This document shows positions 49,219 through 58,640 of a stretch of 64,000 nucleotides of DNA, piece after piece. Each line of letters opens with the position of its first letter. Within the stretch, counting starts at the first letter, position 1. The translations under genes were made by a program, and so were the position numbers. This DNA is from Vulcanimicrobiota bacterium (GTDB lineage Bacteria > Vulcanimicrobiota > Vulcanimicrobiia > Vulcanimicrobiales > Vulcanimicrobiaceae). The notes under the pieces were generated by a model. The model saw only the letters and a program-made list of their open reading frames with translations. It searched no databases and was not told where the DNA came from. The stretch lies in the NCBI GenBank assembly GCA_963820825.1, contig CAWGBN010000007.1:192001-256000 (forward strand), given 5' to 3'.

Positions 49219-50042
49219 CCCGCCTCTACCTTTCCAGCGACATGGAAGGCGTGGCCGGCGTCTGTTCGTGGGAGCAGGTCGATGCGCGCACGCCGCATCC
49301 GGAGTACGCGACCTTCCGCCGGTACTACACGCAAGAGGTCGCGAGCGCGATCGCGGGCGCGCGCGCCGGCGGCGTAAACGACGTGCTGGTCAACGATTCC
49401 CACGGCCCGATGCGAAATCTGCTCTTCGACGAGCTGCCGCCCGACGTACGCGTGATCTTCGGGAACCGCAAGCCGTTTTCGATGGTGCAGGACGCCGACG
49501 GCGGATTCGACGGCGCGTTCTTCGTCGGCTACCACGGCGGGGCGGGCGACGCCGATGCCGTGCTCTGCCACACGTACACGCCCTCGGTGATCTACGAAGT
49601 CCGGATCAATGGTGTTCCCTGCAGCGAAGCGACGATCAATGCGGGTCTCTTGGGCTACCACGGTGTGCCGCTCTTACTCGTCACCGGCGACCGCACGACG
49701 GTCGAAGGCGTGCAGGCACAGATGCCCTGGGTGCGCGGCGTCGTGGTGAAGGATTCGATCGGCAACTTCGCCGCCGCGTCGATGGTGCCGCTGCGAGCGC
49801 AGCAGGCGATTTGCGAGGGCGCTGAAGCCGCGGTGCGCGATGCGAGTGCGGCGAAACTCTATCGCTTCGATCCGCCCATCACGCTCGACGTCCAGCTCGT
49901 GACCGCCGCCCAGGCGCATCTCGTCGCAACGATCCCCGGCTTCGAGCGCACCGGCTCGCGAAGCGTGCGCTTCGTGCACGACTCGTATCCGGTCGTCTTC
50001 AAAGCCTTCGTCGCTACCTGGCGATTGGGCGGTCAGGCGTAA
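49215..50042 (+). CDS. M55 family D-aminopeptidase (second paralog)
   Basis: YLSSDMEG, VNDSHG, KPFSM, GYHG, LCHT and SEATIN; ATGA overlap with the first copy. Confidence 0.92.
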   Translation: MTRLYLSSDMEGVAGVCSWEQVDARTPHPEYATFRRYYTQEVASAIAGARAGGVNDVLVNDSHGPMRNLLFDELPPDVRVIFGNRKPFSMVQDADGGFDGAFFVGYHGGAGDADAVLCHTYTPSVIYEVRINGVPCSEATINAGLLGYHGVPLLLVTGDRTTVEGVQAQMPWVRGVVVKDSIGNFAAASMVPLRAQQAICEGAEAAVRDASAAKLYRFDPPITLDVQLVTAAQAHLVATIPGFERTGSRSVRFVHDSYPVVFKAFVATWRLGGQA

Positions 50043-50632
50043 TCGGTCCGGGCTGAGGCGTACTCCTCGTCCTCGCTCTGCCATCGGGTGGGCACTTCGA
50101 TTCGCCGCATGCCACGGGGATACGTTCCGTCGGCGTGCGCTGCGTTCCAATCTTGCGAGAGCACGACGAGGTACTCGAAGTTTTCCCAAAGCGAAGAGCC
50201 ATAATGCGCCCGTAAAATGGCGGTTACATCGAGAAGGGCGGTCCATGCATCGATCACCAGCATCGGGTAGATATCGAGGAGAATCCGGCGATCGACGAGG
50301 CCGGTTTTGGCGAGAAGCCCGATGTTCTCGTATGAGTCGCCGACCGCTTCGATGCTCGATATGACCTCGTTGAATTTGGCCGTCCGGTCTTGGCGATGGC
50401 CGAGCTGATATCGAAACTCCGGGTCCTGGATGAGTAACGGCAACTCGGTATAAAGGCAGTGCAACGCCTTGATGAAGTGATCGGTCTGTTGGCTTTCGCG
50501 CAACTCGTTTAAGGCCGCGATCTGATTGCTGCTTCGAGCGTGACGCAGCTGGATCAGCGCCGCAACGGCCGTGGCCGCAATGACGAAAAACGTCCCGAGC
50601 GTAGCAACGGTGTTCAATACTTCAAGAGACAC
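50033..50632 (-). CDS. Hypothetical membrane-anchored protein (DUF4760-like)
   Basis: TM segment ending AALIQLRH, then YENIGLLAKTGLVD and WENFEYL. Confidence 0.65.
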   Translation of the reverse strand: MSLEVLNTVATLGTFFVIAATAVAALIQLRHARSSNQIAALNELRESQQTDHFIKALHCLYTELPLLIQDPEFRYQLGHRQDRTAKFNEVISSIEAVGDSYENIGLLAKTGLVDRRILLDIYPMLVIDAWTALLDVTAILRAHYGSSLWENFEYLVVLSQDWNAAHADGTYPRGMRRIEVPTRWQSEDEEYASARTDYA

Positions 50633-50680
50633 GTTCGTCCACTCTACACCGGCACTCGTAAAACCGCCTCCCGCGAACTA

Positions 50681-50724
50681 AGGATGACACGGTTGCGCCT
50701 GCGCGAAGCGCGTGCATGAGCGAG
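50681..50724. repeat. Remnant of the same REP-like repeat family
   Basis: AGGATGACACGGTTGCGCCTGCGCGAAGCGCGTGCATGAGCGAG closely matches 30781-30824 (AGGATGACACGATTGTGCCTGCGCGAAGCGCAGTCCTGAGCGAG). Confidence 0.8.
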
Positions 50725-52116
50725 CTATGAGGCTTTGGCGGGGGTTCCAAGGGCGATTGCGATTTCGACGACGTCGTCTTCATTTAGCGAGAGGCGGCGC
50801 ATCGCCGCTTCGTAAGCCTCGATGGTCTCTTCGCTCTTGCTCGAAGCCGCGCGCTCTTCACGCAGGCGCTTGACCTCGTCGGTGACGCGATGCGCGAGCT
50901 CGGAGCTCGGCTCGACGCCCGCGCGCGCAAGACGCTCGCGTTGACGGCGCAGCGTATCTTCGACAAGCGCGGCGCCGGTGTGCTTGCCGAAGACCCAGCT
51001 GGTCCGCGCGCCGACCAACTCGGCCGGGACGGCCTCGTACATCCGGTGGTCGATCAGCATCGCTTGCGTGTGGATCCCGGACTCGTGAGCGAAGACTTTT
51101 GTACCGACGATCGGCTCGTGCTGCTGCAGCGGGATCCCGCTCATCCGCTCCATGAAGCGCGCGAGCTCGCGCAGTTTATCGTAACGGAAGCCCGGCAGTT
51201 CGAGTCCGTAGAGAACCCGCAGCGCTACGACCAGCTCGTGCAGCTTGACGTTTCCGGCGCGCTCGCCGTATCCGTTCGCGGTCACCGAGATGACCGTAAA
51301 GCCGCACGAGGCCGCGGTGATCGCGTTGATCGTGCCGAGGCCGTAGTCGTTGTGAAGGTGCGCGACGATCGGCAGATCCTTCGGCAGTCCTGCGACGATG
51401 CGCGAACAGTACCAGCGGGTCGCTTCGGGGGTCAGCGTGCCGACGGTATCCGGCCACGCCGGACGCGTGCCTCCGGCGTCGAGCCCCGCCTTGAAATACT
51501 CGATGAAGTAGTCGACGTCGCCGCGGCTACCGTCCTCGGCGCCGAACTCAATGCGCTCGATGCCGCACTCGCGCGCGTGCCCGATCGCATCGCACTGCAG
51601 CCGAATGTTGGCATCGCGGTAGAACGATAGCGGCAGGTCGAGCCACTCGCGCTCGTCGCGGCCTTCGTAGCGCAGCAGCGTCTTGCCGATCTTGTACTTC
51701 AGGTGCAGATCGCTGCCGCTCGTGAAGATGAAGAACGTGACTTCGCGCGGCTCGATGCCCGCATCGCGCAGCGTCTTGACGGTCACGTCGATGTCGTTGC
51801 GATTGCTGCGGCACATTACCACGATCTCGACCTCGCCGAGCTCGCCGCGGCGCTTCGCCTCCATCACCAGCTGCAGCGTGCGCCGATCGCCCTCCGACGC
51901 TGCCGGGAAGCCGACGCTCATGATGTGCACGCCGACGCCGGCAAGGGCCTTGGCGATCTCGAGCTTCTGCGGCGGCGTGTAGCAGACGCCCGGCATCTGC
52001 TCGCCGTCGCGAAGCGTTTCGTCGTAGATGCGAATGCGCGACGCGTCGGGGAAGGGGACGTCGCGGGTGAACTCTTTTGGATCGCGGATGAGGCGCTCGA
52101 TCGGTTCGCGGAGCAT
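50725..52116 (-). CDS. DRE-TIM Claisen-like synthase (LeuA/homocitrate synthase family) without regulatory domain
   Basis: DETLRDGEQ, PDTVG, HLHNDYGLG, GERAGN, FAHESGIH and GKHTG. Confidence 0.88.
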   Translation of the reverse strand: MLREPIERLIRDPKEFTRDVPFPDASRIRIYDETLRDGEQMPGVCYTPPQKLEIAKALAGVGVHIMSVGFPAASEGDRRTLQLVMEAKRRGELGEVEIVVMCRSNRNDIDVTVKTLRDAGIEPREVTFFIFTSGSDLHLKYKIGKTLLRYEGRDEREWLDLPLSFYRDANIRLQCDAIGHARECGIERIEFGAEDGSRGDVDYFIEYFKAGLDAGGTRPAWPDTVGTLTPEATRWYCSRIVAGLPKDLPIVAHLHNDYGLGTINAITAASCGFTVISVTANGYGERAGNVKLHELVVALRVLYGLELPGFRYDKLRELARFMERMSGIPLQQHEPIVGTKVFAHESGIHTQAMLIDHRMYEAVPAELVGARTSWVFGKHTGAALVEDTLRRQRERLARAGVEPSSELAHRVTDEVKRLREERAASSKSEETIEAYEAAMRRLSLNEDDVVEIAIALGTPAKAS

Positions 52117-52157
52117 CTTCCGAAGGTTCGCCGCCGGCGGGGGTATCTCTTCGGCTG

Positions 52158-53504
52158 CTAGTCCACCGTCACCGGAACGACGACCGAGTTACCGGTCGCG
52201 TCTCGAAAGGTCACCGTGGTACTCCCCGAGCCGGTGGCGATCACCAAGAAGATGCTCGGAGTCGACGATTGCTTTACCCTGGCAACGGCGGTATTCGCAG
52301 AAGTGGCCTTCCACGCAGTAATGCCGGTCTCGGTAACCTTCAGCCGCGCAACCGCGCGGATCTGCGGAAGCGTCACCGAGCCCGGATCCACGCGAAGCGG
52401 ATTTGGAACGTAAACGTAGACGTCGTCGTTTTTGTCGGTAATCCAGAGATTGCGGTCGGGGCCAGTCCCCAACGCTAAGGCGACGCTCGCGCCGGCGGGT
52501 AATGCAAACTTCCTCGATTTTCCGCTGCTGGGAGCGATCGTGCCGATCGCACCGGCCGAGCCGCCGGCCCTCTCGACGAACCACGGGTCGCCGTCGGGGC
52601 CGGCGGCGATTGCGTGCGGCGAATCTTCGGCGACCATGCCGCCGACTGCATACGCCCTCGTCGCACCGCTCGGCGATATCGAGTAGATGCAGCCGTTCGC
52701 GTACCCCCATACGAGTCCGTATGCAACGGCGAGCGCGTGCACCGGAAGCGCGCAGGGGACCTCGTACGTGTTCAGCACTCTCCCGCTGCCGGGGCTGATC
52801 CGCATCACCGTTGCCGCGTTCTCGGGCTGCGCCCACATAGCGCGATCGGGCCCCTCGACGAGCGAGCCAAAACCGCTCACGCCGGCCGGTAACGCAAAGT
52901 TCGTCGCGCTGCCGTCCGCGGAAAACTTCCAGAGATATGGACTCGCCGCACCGGCGCCCCAGATCGTATCTTCGGGACCCGTTGCGAGAACGCTCACGTT
53001 GCCCGCGCTCACGTCGGCCAAGTAGCACGCCGACCGCTTACCGGTCGGCGCAACGAACGTCCAGCCAAACTCGTTCACGAGTCCGGGAAACGTGATGTCG
53101 GGGTTCACGAAGACCGAGTTGCCTTCGTGATTGAGCGCGATGTCGTACGCATACAAATGATACGTGCCGGAGATCGAGCCCACGTAACTGCACGTCGGCT
53201 GGCGCGGTGCGTGCGAAACGGCGCCGTTCATATCGATGGTGGCAAAGCTCTCGTAACGGTGGACCTTCCCCCAGCCTGCCACGACGTAGATGACGCCTCT
53301 GCCGGCAAGAACGTTGGCTGCGTACGGCGTGCCTCGACCGACGGCGGTCAGCGTCACCCACCGGTTGCGTTCGTTACGCTGCAGGATCGCCGGATTTCCG
53401 TCGTGCGATCCGCCGCCGGGGAGCGAAGTCCCGGTGGTCGAGCAGGCGGAAGCGAGCGATGCAATCATCGCGAGCGCAATGGCCAAAACCGGCACTCTCT
53501 TCAC
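52158..53504 (-). CDS. Vgb-like beta-propeller lipoprotein with C-terminal Ig-like domain
   Basis: Lipobox ASAC; repeated GPD..W motifs (GPDRAMW, GPDGDPWF, GPDRNLW). Confidence 0.75.
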   Translation of the reverse strand: MKRVPVLAIALAMIASLASACSTTGTSLPGGGSHDGNPAILQRNERNRWVTLTAVGRGTPYAANVLAGRGVIYVVAGWGKVHRYESFATIDMNGAVSHAPRQPTCSYVGSISGTYHLYAYDIALNHEGNSVFVNPDITFPGLVNEFGWTFVAPTGKRSACYLADVSAGNVSVLATGPEDTIWGAGAASPYLWKFSADGSATNFALPAGVSGFGSLVEGPDRAMWAQPENAATVMRISPGSGRVLNTYEVPCALPVHALAVAYGLVWGYANGCIYSISPSGATRAYAVGGMVAEDSPHAIAAGPDGDPWFVERAGGSAGAIGTIAPSSGKSRKFALPAGASVALALGTGPDRNLWITDKNDDVYVYVPNPLRVDPGSVTLPQIRAVARLKVTETGITAWKATSANTAVARVKQSSTPSIFLVIATGSGSTTVTFRDATGNSVVVPVTVD

Positions 53505-54784
53505 GAAGATCTCTCGCCGCCGTCGTTTCGTTCGCCGAACCGCAGCTCGGCCGTATCGCGCGGAAAGATCAGTTCCAGCGTCCAGTCGAAGGCGACGCGC
53601 ATCTTGCGATCGAGTCCCGGCAGCCGCAGCAGATAGTACGTACGCCAAAAGAACCACGCAATAAAACCGGTGATGACGCGGTTGCCGGGGAGTTGCGCGA
53701 CGGCTTTACGGCCGCCGAGCGCCGCCATCATACCGAGCGTTTGATATTGAAACGGCTTCGTCGGGCGACCGCGCAGAACCGCAACGATGTTTTCGGCGAG
53801 TCCCGGTCCCTCGCGAATGGCGTGCTGTGCGGTCATCGGATAAGCGCCGCCCGAACCATCCGGAATCGCCGCGCAATCGCCGAGCGCCCAAACGCCGTGC
53901 AGACCGGGTACGCTCATGTCGCGCGCGGTCTCGATCGCTCCGCGCTTGGTCTTGGGCACCGCGAGCTTCGCGATCGTCGGCGAAGGTTTGACCCCGGCGC
54001 TCCACACGACCGCCTCGCTTTCGATACGGCGTCCGCTCTGCAGCGTAAGGCCGGTTTCGTCGACCGAGGCGACGCCGTCGCCGGTAACCACCTCGACGCC
54101 GCGCCGCTCCAAGACGCGCCGCGAATACTCACCCATCTTCGCCGGAAGTCCGGCGAGCAGCACCGGCCCCGCCTCGACTAGGACGACGCGCACCGACTCG
54201 GCCTGCAAGAGTCTGTAGAAGCGCAGCACGCTTCGAAAGAGCTCGGCGATCTCGCCCGCGGTCTCGACGCCGGTAAATCCGCCGCCGACGACGACGATCG
54301 TGAGCAGTCGCCGGCGTCGCGCCTCGTCGTCGATCGTATCGGCGAGTTCGAGCAGCCAGACCAGATGATTGCGCAGCAGCTCGGCATCTTCGAGCGATTT
54401 GAGCGCCCAGGTGTGCTCGGCGACGCCGGGCAGTCCGAAGTCCGAGGTCGAGGATCCGAGCGCGAACACGATCTGGTCGAAGGAGAGAACGACGTTTTTG
54501 CGGGTGAGGACGTGGTGGTAGCGCAGGGTCCGGTTTTCGATATCCACCTCGTCGACGTCGGCCAAGACGAAGCGGCAGCGGCGCAGCTGCGTGCGGATCG
54601 GGGTGACGACGTGGCGCACCTCGAGCTCTCCCGACGTGACTTCGGGGAGCATCGGCGTGAAGAGCGTGTAGTTCTCGCGGCTCAGCAGCACGATCTCGGC
54701 CTCGTCCGGGCGCAGCCGCTCTTCGAGCCGGCGGGCGACGGCGATCCCGGCAAAACCTCCTCCAACGATCGCGATGACCGGCAC
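53501..54784 (-). CDS. Type II NADH dehydrogenase-like flavoprotein
   Basis: IVGGGFAG, FTPMLPEV, VVGGGFTGVETAGE, WALGDCA and AQHAIREG. Confidence 0.9.
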   Translation of the reverse strand: MPVIAIVGGGFAGIAVARRLEERLRPDEAEIVLLSRENYTLFTPMLPEVTSGELEVRHVVTPIRTQLRRCRFVLADVDEVDIENRTLRYHHVLTRKNVVLSFDQIVFALGSSTSDFGLPGVAEHTWALKSLEDAELLRNHLVWLLELADTIDDEARRRRLLTIVVVGGGFTGVETAGEIAELFRSVLRFYRLLQAESVRVVLVEAGPVLLAGLPAKMGEYSRRVLERRGVEVVTGDGVASVDETGLTLQSGRRIESEAVVWSAGVKPSPTIAKLAVPKTKRGAIETARDMSVPGLHGVWALGDCAAIPDGSGGAYPMTAQHAIREGPGLAENIVAVLRGRPTKPFQYQTLGMMAALGGRKAVAQLPGNRVITGFIAWFFWRTYYLLRLPGLDRKMRVAFDWTLELIFPRDTAELRFGERNDGGERSS

Positions 54785-54807
54785 GCGATGCGGTTGAAGA
54801 GGGTCGC

Positions 54808-55626
54808 GTGCAATACCTCCCGCCCTCCGAGTCGCCGCCCGAGAGCCCGAAGCCCGCGCAACGGCGCCGCACCGGAATCGGCGCGCTCGTTGCTGCAGCC
54901 GCCGCCTTTTTGCTCAAGTTCAAGTTCTTGCTCCTCTTCGGCACCAAGCTCGTCGCGCTCAGCTGGACGTTCTTGCTCTCGCTCTGGATCTACGTCGTGA
55001 TCTTCGGCTGGAAGCTGGCCGTCGTGGTGATGCTGCTCCTGCTCGCGCACGAGCTCGGCCACTACTTTGCGTTTCGAGCCTACGGATTGCCGGCGCGGCT
55101 GCCGGCATTCGTCCCGCTCCTTGGTGCCTTCACCGCCGGCGCTGCGCCGGAAGATCTCGAGCAAGATGCCTATATCGCGCTCGCGGGCCCGCTCGTCGGC
55201 TTTGGACTAGCGGCCGTCTGCTACGTCGTCGGCAGCGCGACGCACGATAGGTTTTGGTACGCGTGCGCCGATCTCTCGGCATTCTTGAACCTCTTCAACA
55301 TGATCCCGATGCCGCCGTTCGACGGTGGAAGAATTATCGGCGCGCTCTGGCCGCCGCTCTGGATCGTTGGCTTCGCACTCTTCGTCGCATTTGCAGTCCT
55401 GCTCCACATTCCGATTCTCTTCGTCGCGATCATCGGTCTGCTCGGCCTCCCGGCGATGATCGCAGCCTGGCGGGGGCACGTCGATCCGCGCGCGCTGCGG
55501 ATGACCTTTGGAGCGCGCGTGCGCGTGAGCTGCTGGTATCTCGCGACGCTCCTCGGCCTCTTCTTCATCATGGCGCAGTCGCACGTGATTGCGACACCGG
55601 CCGCGGCGGGCACGCCCGCCTGGTGA
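54808..55626 (+). CDS. Site-2 protease (M50) family protein
   Basis: HELGH, ALAGP and NLFNMIPMPPFDGG. Confidence 0.9.
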   Translation: MQYLPPSESPPESPKPAQRRRTGIGALVAAAAAFLLKFKFLLLFGTKLVALSWTFLLSLWIYVVIFGWKLAVVVMLLLLAHELGHYFAFRAYGLPARLPAFVPLLGAFTAGAAPEDLEQDAYIALAGPLVGFGLAAVCYVVGSATHDRFWYACADLSAFLNLFNMIPMPPFDGGRIIGALWPPLWIVGFALFVAFAVLLHIPILFVAIIGLLGLPAMIAAWRGHVDPRALRMTFGARVRVSCWYLATLLGLFFIMAQSHVIATPAAAGTPAW

Positions 55627-57020
55627 TCCGGCGCCTCGCGCTCGCCGTCGCGTTCGCGAGCATCGCGGTCGCGATCGTCGCCGTTCGGCCGCATTCGACC
55701 CCGGGGCCGTACCTACGCGACTTTGAAGCCTACTGGTCGGCAGGCTCGGCATGGAATGCCGGCGCCGATCCGTACGGCCGCGCGATCTGGAACGCGGAGC
55801 GCACTATCGCCGGCGTCGATCGCAGTCGCGACGAACTCTTGCCGTTCGTCGGTCCACCCGCGACGCTGCTGCTTTGGTCGCTCTTCGCGCGGCTGCCCTA
55901 CCAAACTGCTGCGATGCTGTGGTCGGTGATCTTAGGGATCGCGCTGCTCGCACTCGTTGCCGGCTCCCTTCGCGCAAGCGGCGAGCGCGTTGCCTCCGCT
56001 ACCATTCTCGCCGCATTCGCGCTGGCGATCGCCTGGGGGCCCGTCACCAGCGATCTCGCGCTTGGCCAACTCGCCCTGCCGGCGTTCGCGGCGGCGCTGC
56101 TCGCCGCTCTCGTTGCCGCCGCCGCACCCGGATTCGCGGCGATCGCGTCGTGCATCGCCTTCGCCCAACCCAACGCCTCGCTCGGCCTCGTCTCACAGCT
56201 CGGCCGTAACCGCACGACCGTTGCGATCGTCCTCGGCGCAATCCTGACCTATCTCCTGGGCGTGCTGGCCGCGGGCGCCGCATGGCCGCTGACCTACGCA
56301 CGAACGCTGAGCGCGCACGCTGCGGCAGAACGCTTTGCCGCGATTCAGCTCACCCCGGGGGCGATCGCATTCGGTCTCGGCGCGTCGCCTGCCGCGGCAA
56401 AGCTCGTCGGCGTCGTCACCGCGCTGCTCGCCGTCGCCGCCGCGATCGCCGTTGCCCGGCACAATCGCGACCGGTTCGCCCGCTTTGCCGCGTTCGCGGC
56501 GCTCACGCCGTTCGTCGCGAGCTTCGTTCACGAGCACGACCTCGTCGTCGCCTACGCTGCAGCGGTTTGGTGCGGCCTGCGATGCAAGGGCGTCACGCGT
56601 TCGATCGCGTTTGCGGGCACGCTGCTCGCCGCCACCGACTGGCTCGGTCTCGCGCAGCGTCCGACCGGCGTGGCGCAGAGCGCGCTGCTCGCGCTCGCCG
56701 CATTTGCGGCGTTCGGCGCGCTCGGCGAAGAGATGCCGGCGCGTGGTACGCTCTCCGTCGCCGTGATATTTGCCGCGCTCTTCGCGCTCGCAAGCTCGAC
56801 GGCCCTAACGCATCCGGCGCCGATCTGGCCCGATGCCCTCGGCGCGTTTCACACCTCCGCTGCAGCACCGGCCGCGGCGGTCTGGTCCGACGAGCAGCGT
56901 GCGAGCGGATTGCTCGCACCCGCGCCTGCGTGGGCGCTGCTCCGCTCGCTCTCGCTGGCCGGTTGCGCGCTCCTCGCCTACGCTATATATCGACGTCCAT
57001 CATGTTGTCGAACGGCGTGA
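55623..57020 (+). CDS. GT87/DUF2029-like GT-C membrane glycosyltransferase
   Basis: RDFEAYWSAG...GADPY, PFVGPP, LALGQ and HEHD, with many TM helices. Confidence 0.7.
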   Translation: MIRRLALAVAFASIAVAIVAVRPHSTPGPYLRDFEAYWSAGSAWNAGADPYGRAIWNAERTIAGVDRSRDELLPFVGPPATLLLWSLFARLPYQTAAMLWSVILGIALLALVAGSLRASGERVASATILAAFALAIAWGPVTSDLALGQLALPAFAAALLAALVAAAAPGFAAIASCIAFAQPNASLGLVSQLGRNRTTVAIVLGAILTYLLGVLAAGAAWPLTYARTLSAHAAAERFAAIQLTPGAIAFGLGASPAAAKLVGVVTALLAVAAAIAVARHNRDRFARFAAFAALTPFVASFVHEHDLVVAYAAAVWCGLRCKGVTRSIAFAGTLLAATDWLGLAQRPTGVAQSALLALAAFAAFGALGEEMPARGTLSVAVIFAALFALASSTALTHPAPIWPDALGAFHTSAAAPAAAVWSDEQRASGLLAPAPAWALLRSLSLAGCALLAYAIYRRPSCCRTA

Positions 57021-58629
57021 TCGCGCTGGGATGGAAGTTCTTCAAGTCGCTGTTGTACGCGTAGATATCCTCGCGCAGCGAGGTCACGATCATCGGCGCG
57101 TCTTTGACGAGCTCCTTTTCGATCGCAAGCACGTCGGCGTTGCGCTGCGGCTGGCCGTAGTGCGCGAAGAGCGCGTCCATCGCTGCCTGCGCCCGAGGAT
57201 TGCACCAGCGCGTGTTGTTTTGGCCGTTCGGCGGGAACGAATGGCAAGAGAGATAGGACGAATAGTCGCCGATCGCGTCGTTGAGCCAGGCGAAGCCGAT
57301 CATGTCCCACTTGGTGCCGTAGACGATACCGCCGTCCTGTAACGGTGCGAACATCATCGCCGGCGGATAGTGGCGAACGGTGATGTCGATTCCGATCTGC
57401 TTCCACCACGACCGTTCCAGCTCGATCTGCTCGTCGACGTCGGGCGAGCCCGCCGTCGTCGCGTAATCGAGTGCGAGCCGGACGCCCTTCTTCGCTCGCA
57501 CGCCGTCGGATCCGCGCTTCCAGCCGTCCTGGTCGAGCATCGCGTTCGCCCGCGCGATGTCGAATGGAACGGGCGGAATCGACGTAACGGCGTACGGCGC
57601 GTTCTTCGGCGTCGTCACCTCTTGAAGGATTCCGACGCCGCGGCCGATCTTTTCGATGAGCGTGCGACGGTCGATGGCAAGTCGCATCGCCTCGCGCACG
57701 ACTGGATCGCCCACCCCGGGTCGCTGGATGTTGAAATCGAGATGATTGTAGAAGTAACTCGGCTGGCGGATAATCTGGTTCCCCGCCACGGCCTGCGCAC
57801 GAGCCATATAGGTGCCCGGCACTAAATTCCACATGTCGAGCTCGTGCGATTGCAGTTGCGCGAGAACGGTGTTGCGGTCGGGAACGATTTTATAAATGAC
57901 TTCTTTGAGCTTAGGCTGACCCCGCCAATAGAGGGGATTGGGTACGAGGACGATCTGCTGAGCGCGGTCCCAACGCTGATACTTGAACGGTCCGATTCCC
58001 ACCGGAAGCTCGTTGTAGGCGACGTGATTGATGTTCGGATACTGCGCCAAGAGATGTTTGGGAAGGATGCACGGATTCGCCCCGGCCGTCGAAAAGAACG
58101 TCTCGACGAAGGGCGAGTACGGCTTCTTGAGGTGATAGATGACGGTATACTTGTCGGGCTCGTCGTCTTCGTGATCGAGATCCCAGCCCAGCCGCCCGAC
58201 TTCGTTGTTTGCGGGATTGTTGACGACGTTGGTCGAGAAGACGACGTCGTCGGCATTGAACGGCGCGCCGTCCGACCAGCGCACGCCCTTGCGAAGGTGA
58301 AAGGTAATCGTCAGGCCGTCCTTGCTGACGCCGCCGTTCGCCTGCGTCGGCACCTCCGTTGCGAGCTCGGGATATGGGTTGTTGTTCTCGTCCCACTTGA
58401 TGAGATAGGCCATCGTCATCGACGAAAGATAGCCGATGGAGGCAAACTGGCCGAGGTGCGGATTGAGCGTATTGACGTCACCCGCGTCGGCGAATCGCAG
58501 CACGTGCGGCTGCGTCCACGCATTCGCTCGGCCGCCGGCGCCGGCAGCGCCTCCCGTCTTGCTGCACGCGCAGAGAAGGGCAATTACCGAACCGGCGGCG
58601 GCGATGCGCAGAAACGGTATCTTCATCAT
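56983..58629 (-). CDS. Family 5 (peptide/nickel) ABC solute-binding lipoprotein
   Basis: Lipobox LCAC; LNPH, SKDGLTITFHLRKGVRWSDG, GIGPF and VREAMRLAIDR. Confidence 0.92.
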   Translation of the reverse strand: MMKIPFLRIAAAGSVIALLCACSKTGGAAGAGGRANAWTQPHVLRFADAGDVNTLNPHLGQFASIGYLSSMTMAYLIKWDENNNPYPELATEVPTQANGGVSKDGLTITFHLRKGVRWSDGAPFNADDVVFSTNVVNNPANNEVGRLGWDLDHEDDEPDKYTVIYHLKKPYSPFVETFFSTAGANPCILPKHLLAQYPNINHVAYNELPVGIGPFKYQRWDRAQQIVLVPNPLYWRGQPKLKEVIYKIVPDRNTVLAQLQSHELDMWNLVPGTYMARAQAVAGNQIIRQPSYFYNHLDFNIQRPGVGDPVVREAMRLAIDRRTLIEKIGRGVGILQEVTTPKNAPYAVTSIPPVPFDIARANAMLDQDGWKRGSDGVRAKKGVRLALDYATTAGSPDVDEQIELERSWWKQIGIDITVRHYPPAMMFAPLQDGGIVYGTKWDMIGFAWLNDAIGDYSSYLSCHSFPPNGQNNTRWCNPRAQAAMDALFAHYGQPQRNADVLAIEKELVKDAPMIVTSLREDIYAYNSDLKNFHPSAITPFDNMMDVDI

Positions 58630-58640
58630 GTCGAAGCTCC

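Noticed and set aside
56983..57020. 38-nt convergent overlap of the GT87 and SBP genes
   Set aside because: Short 3' overlaps are common in this compact window, and no special structure was seen.
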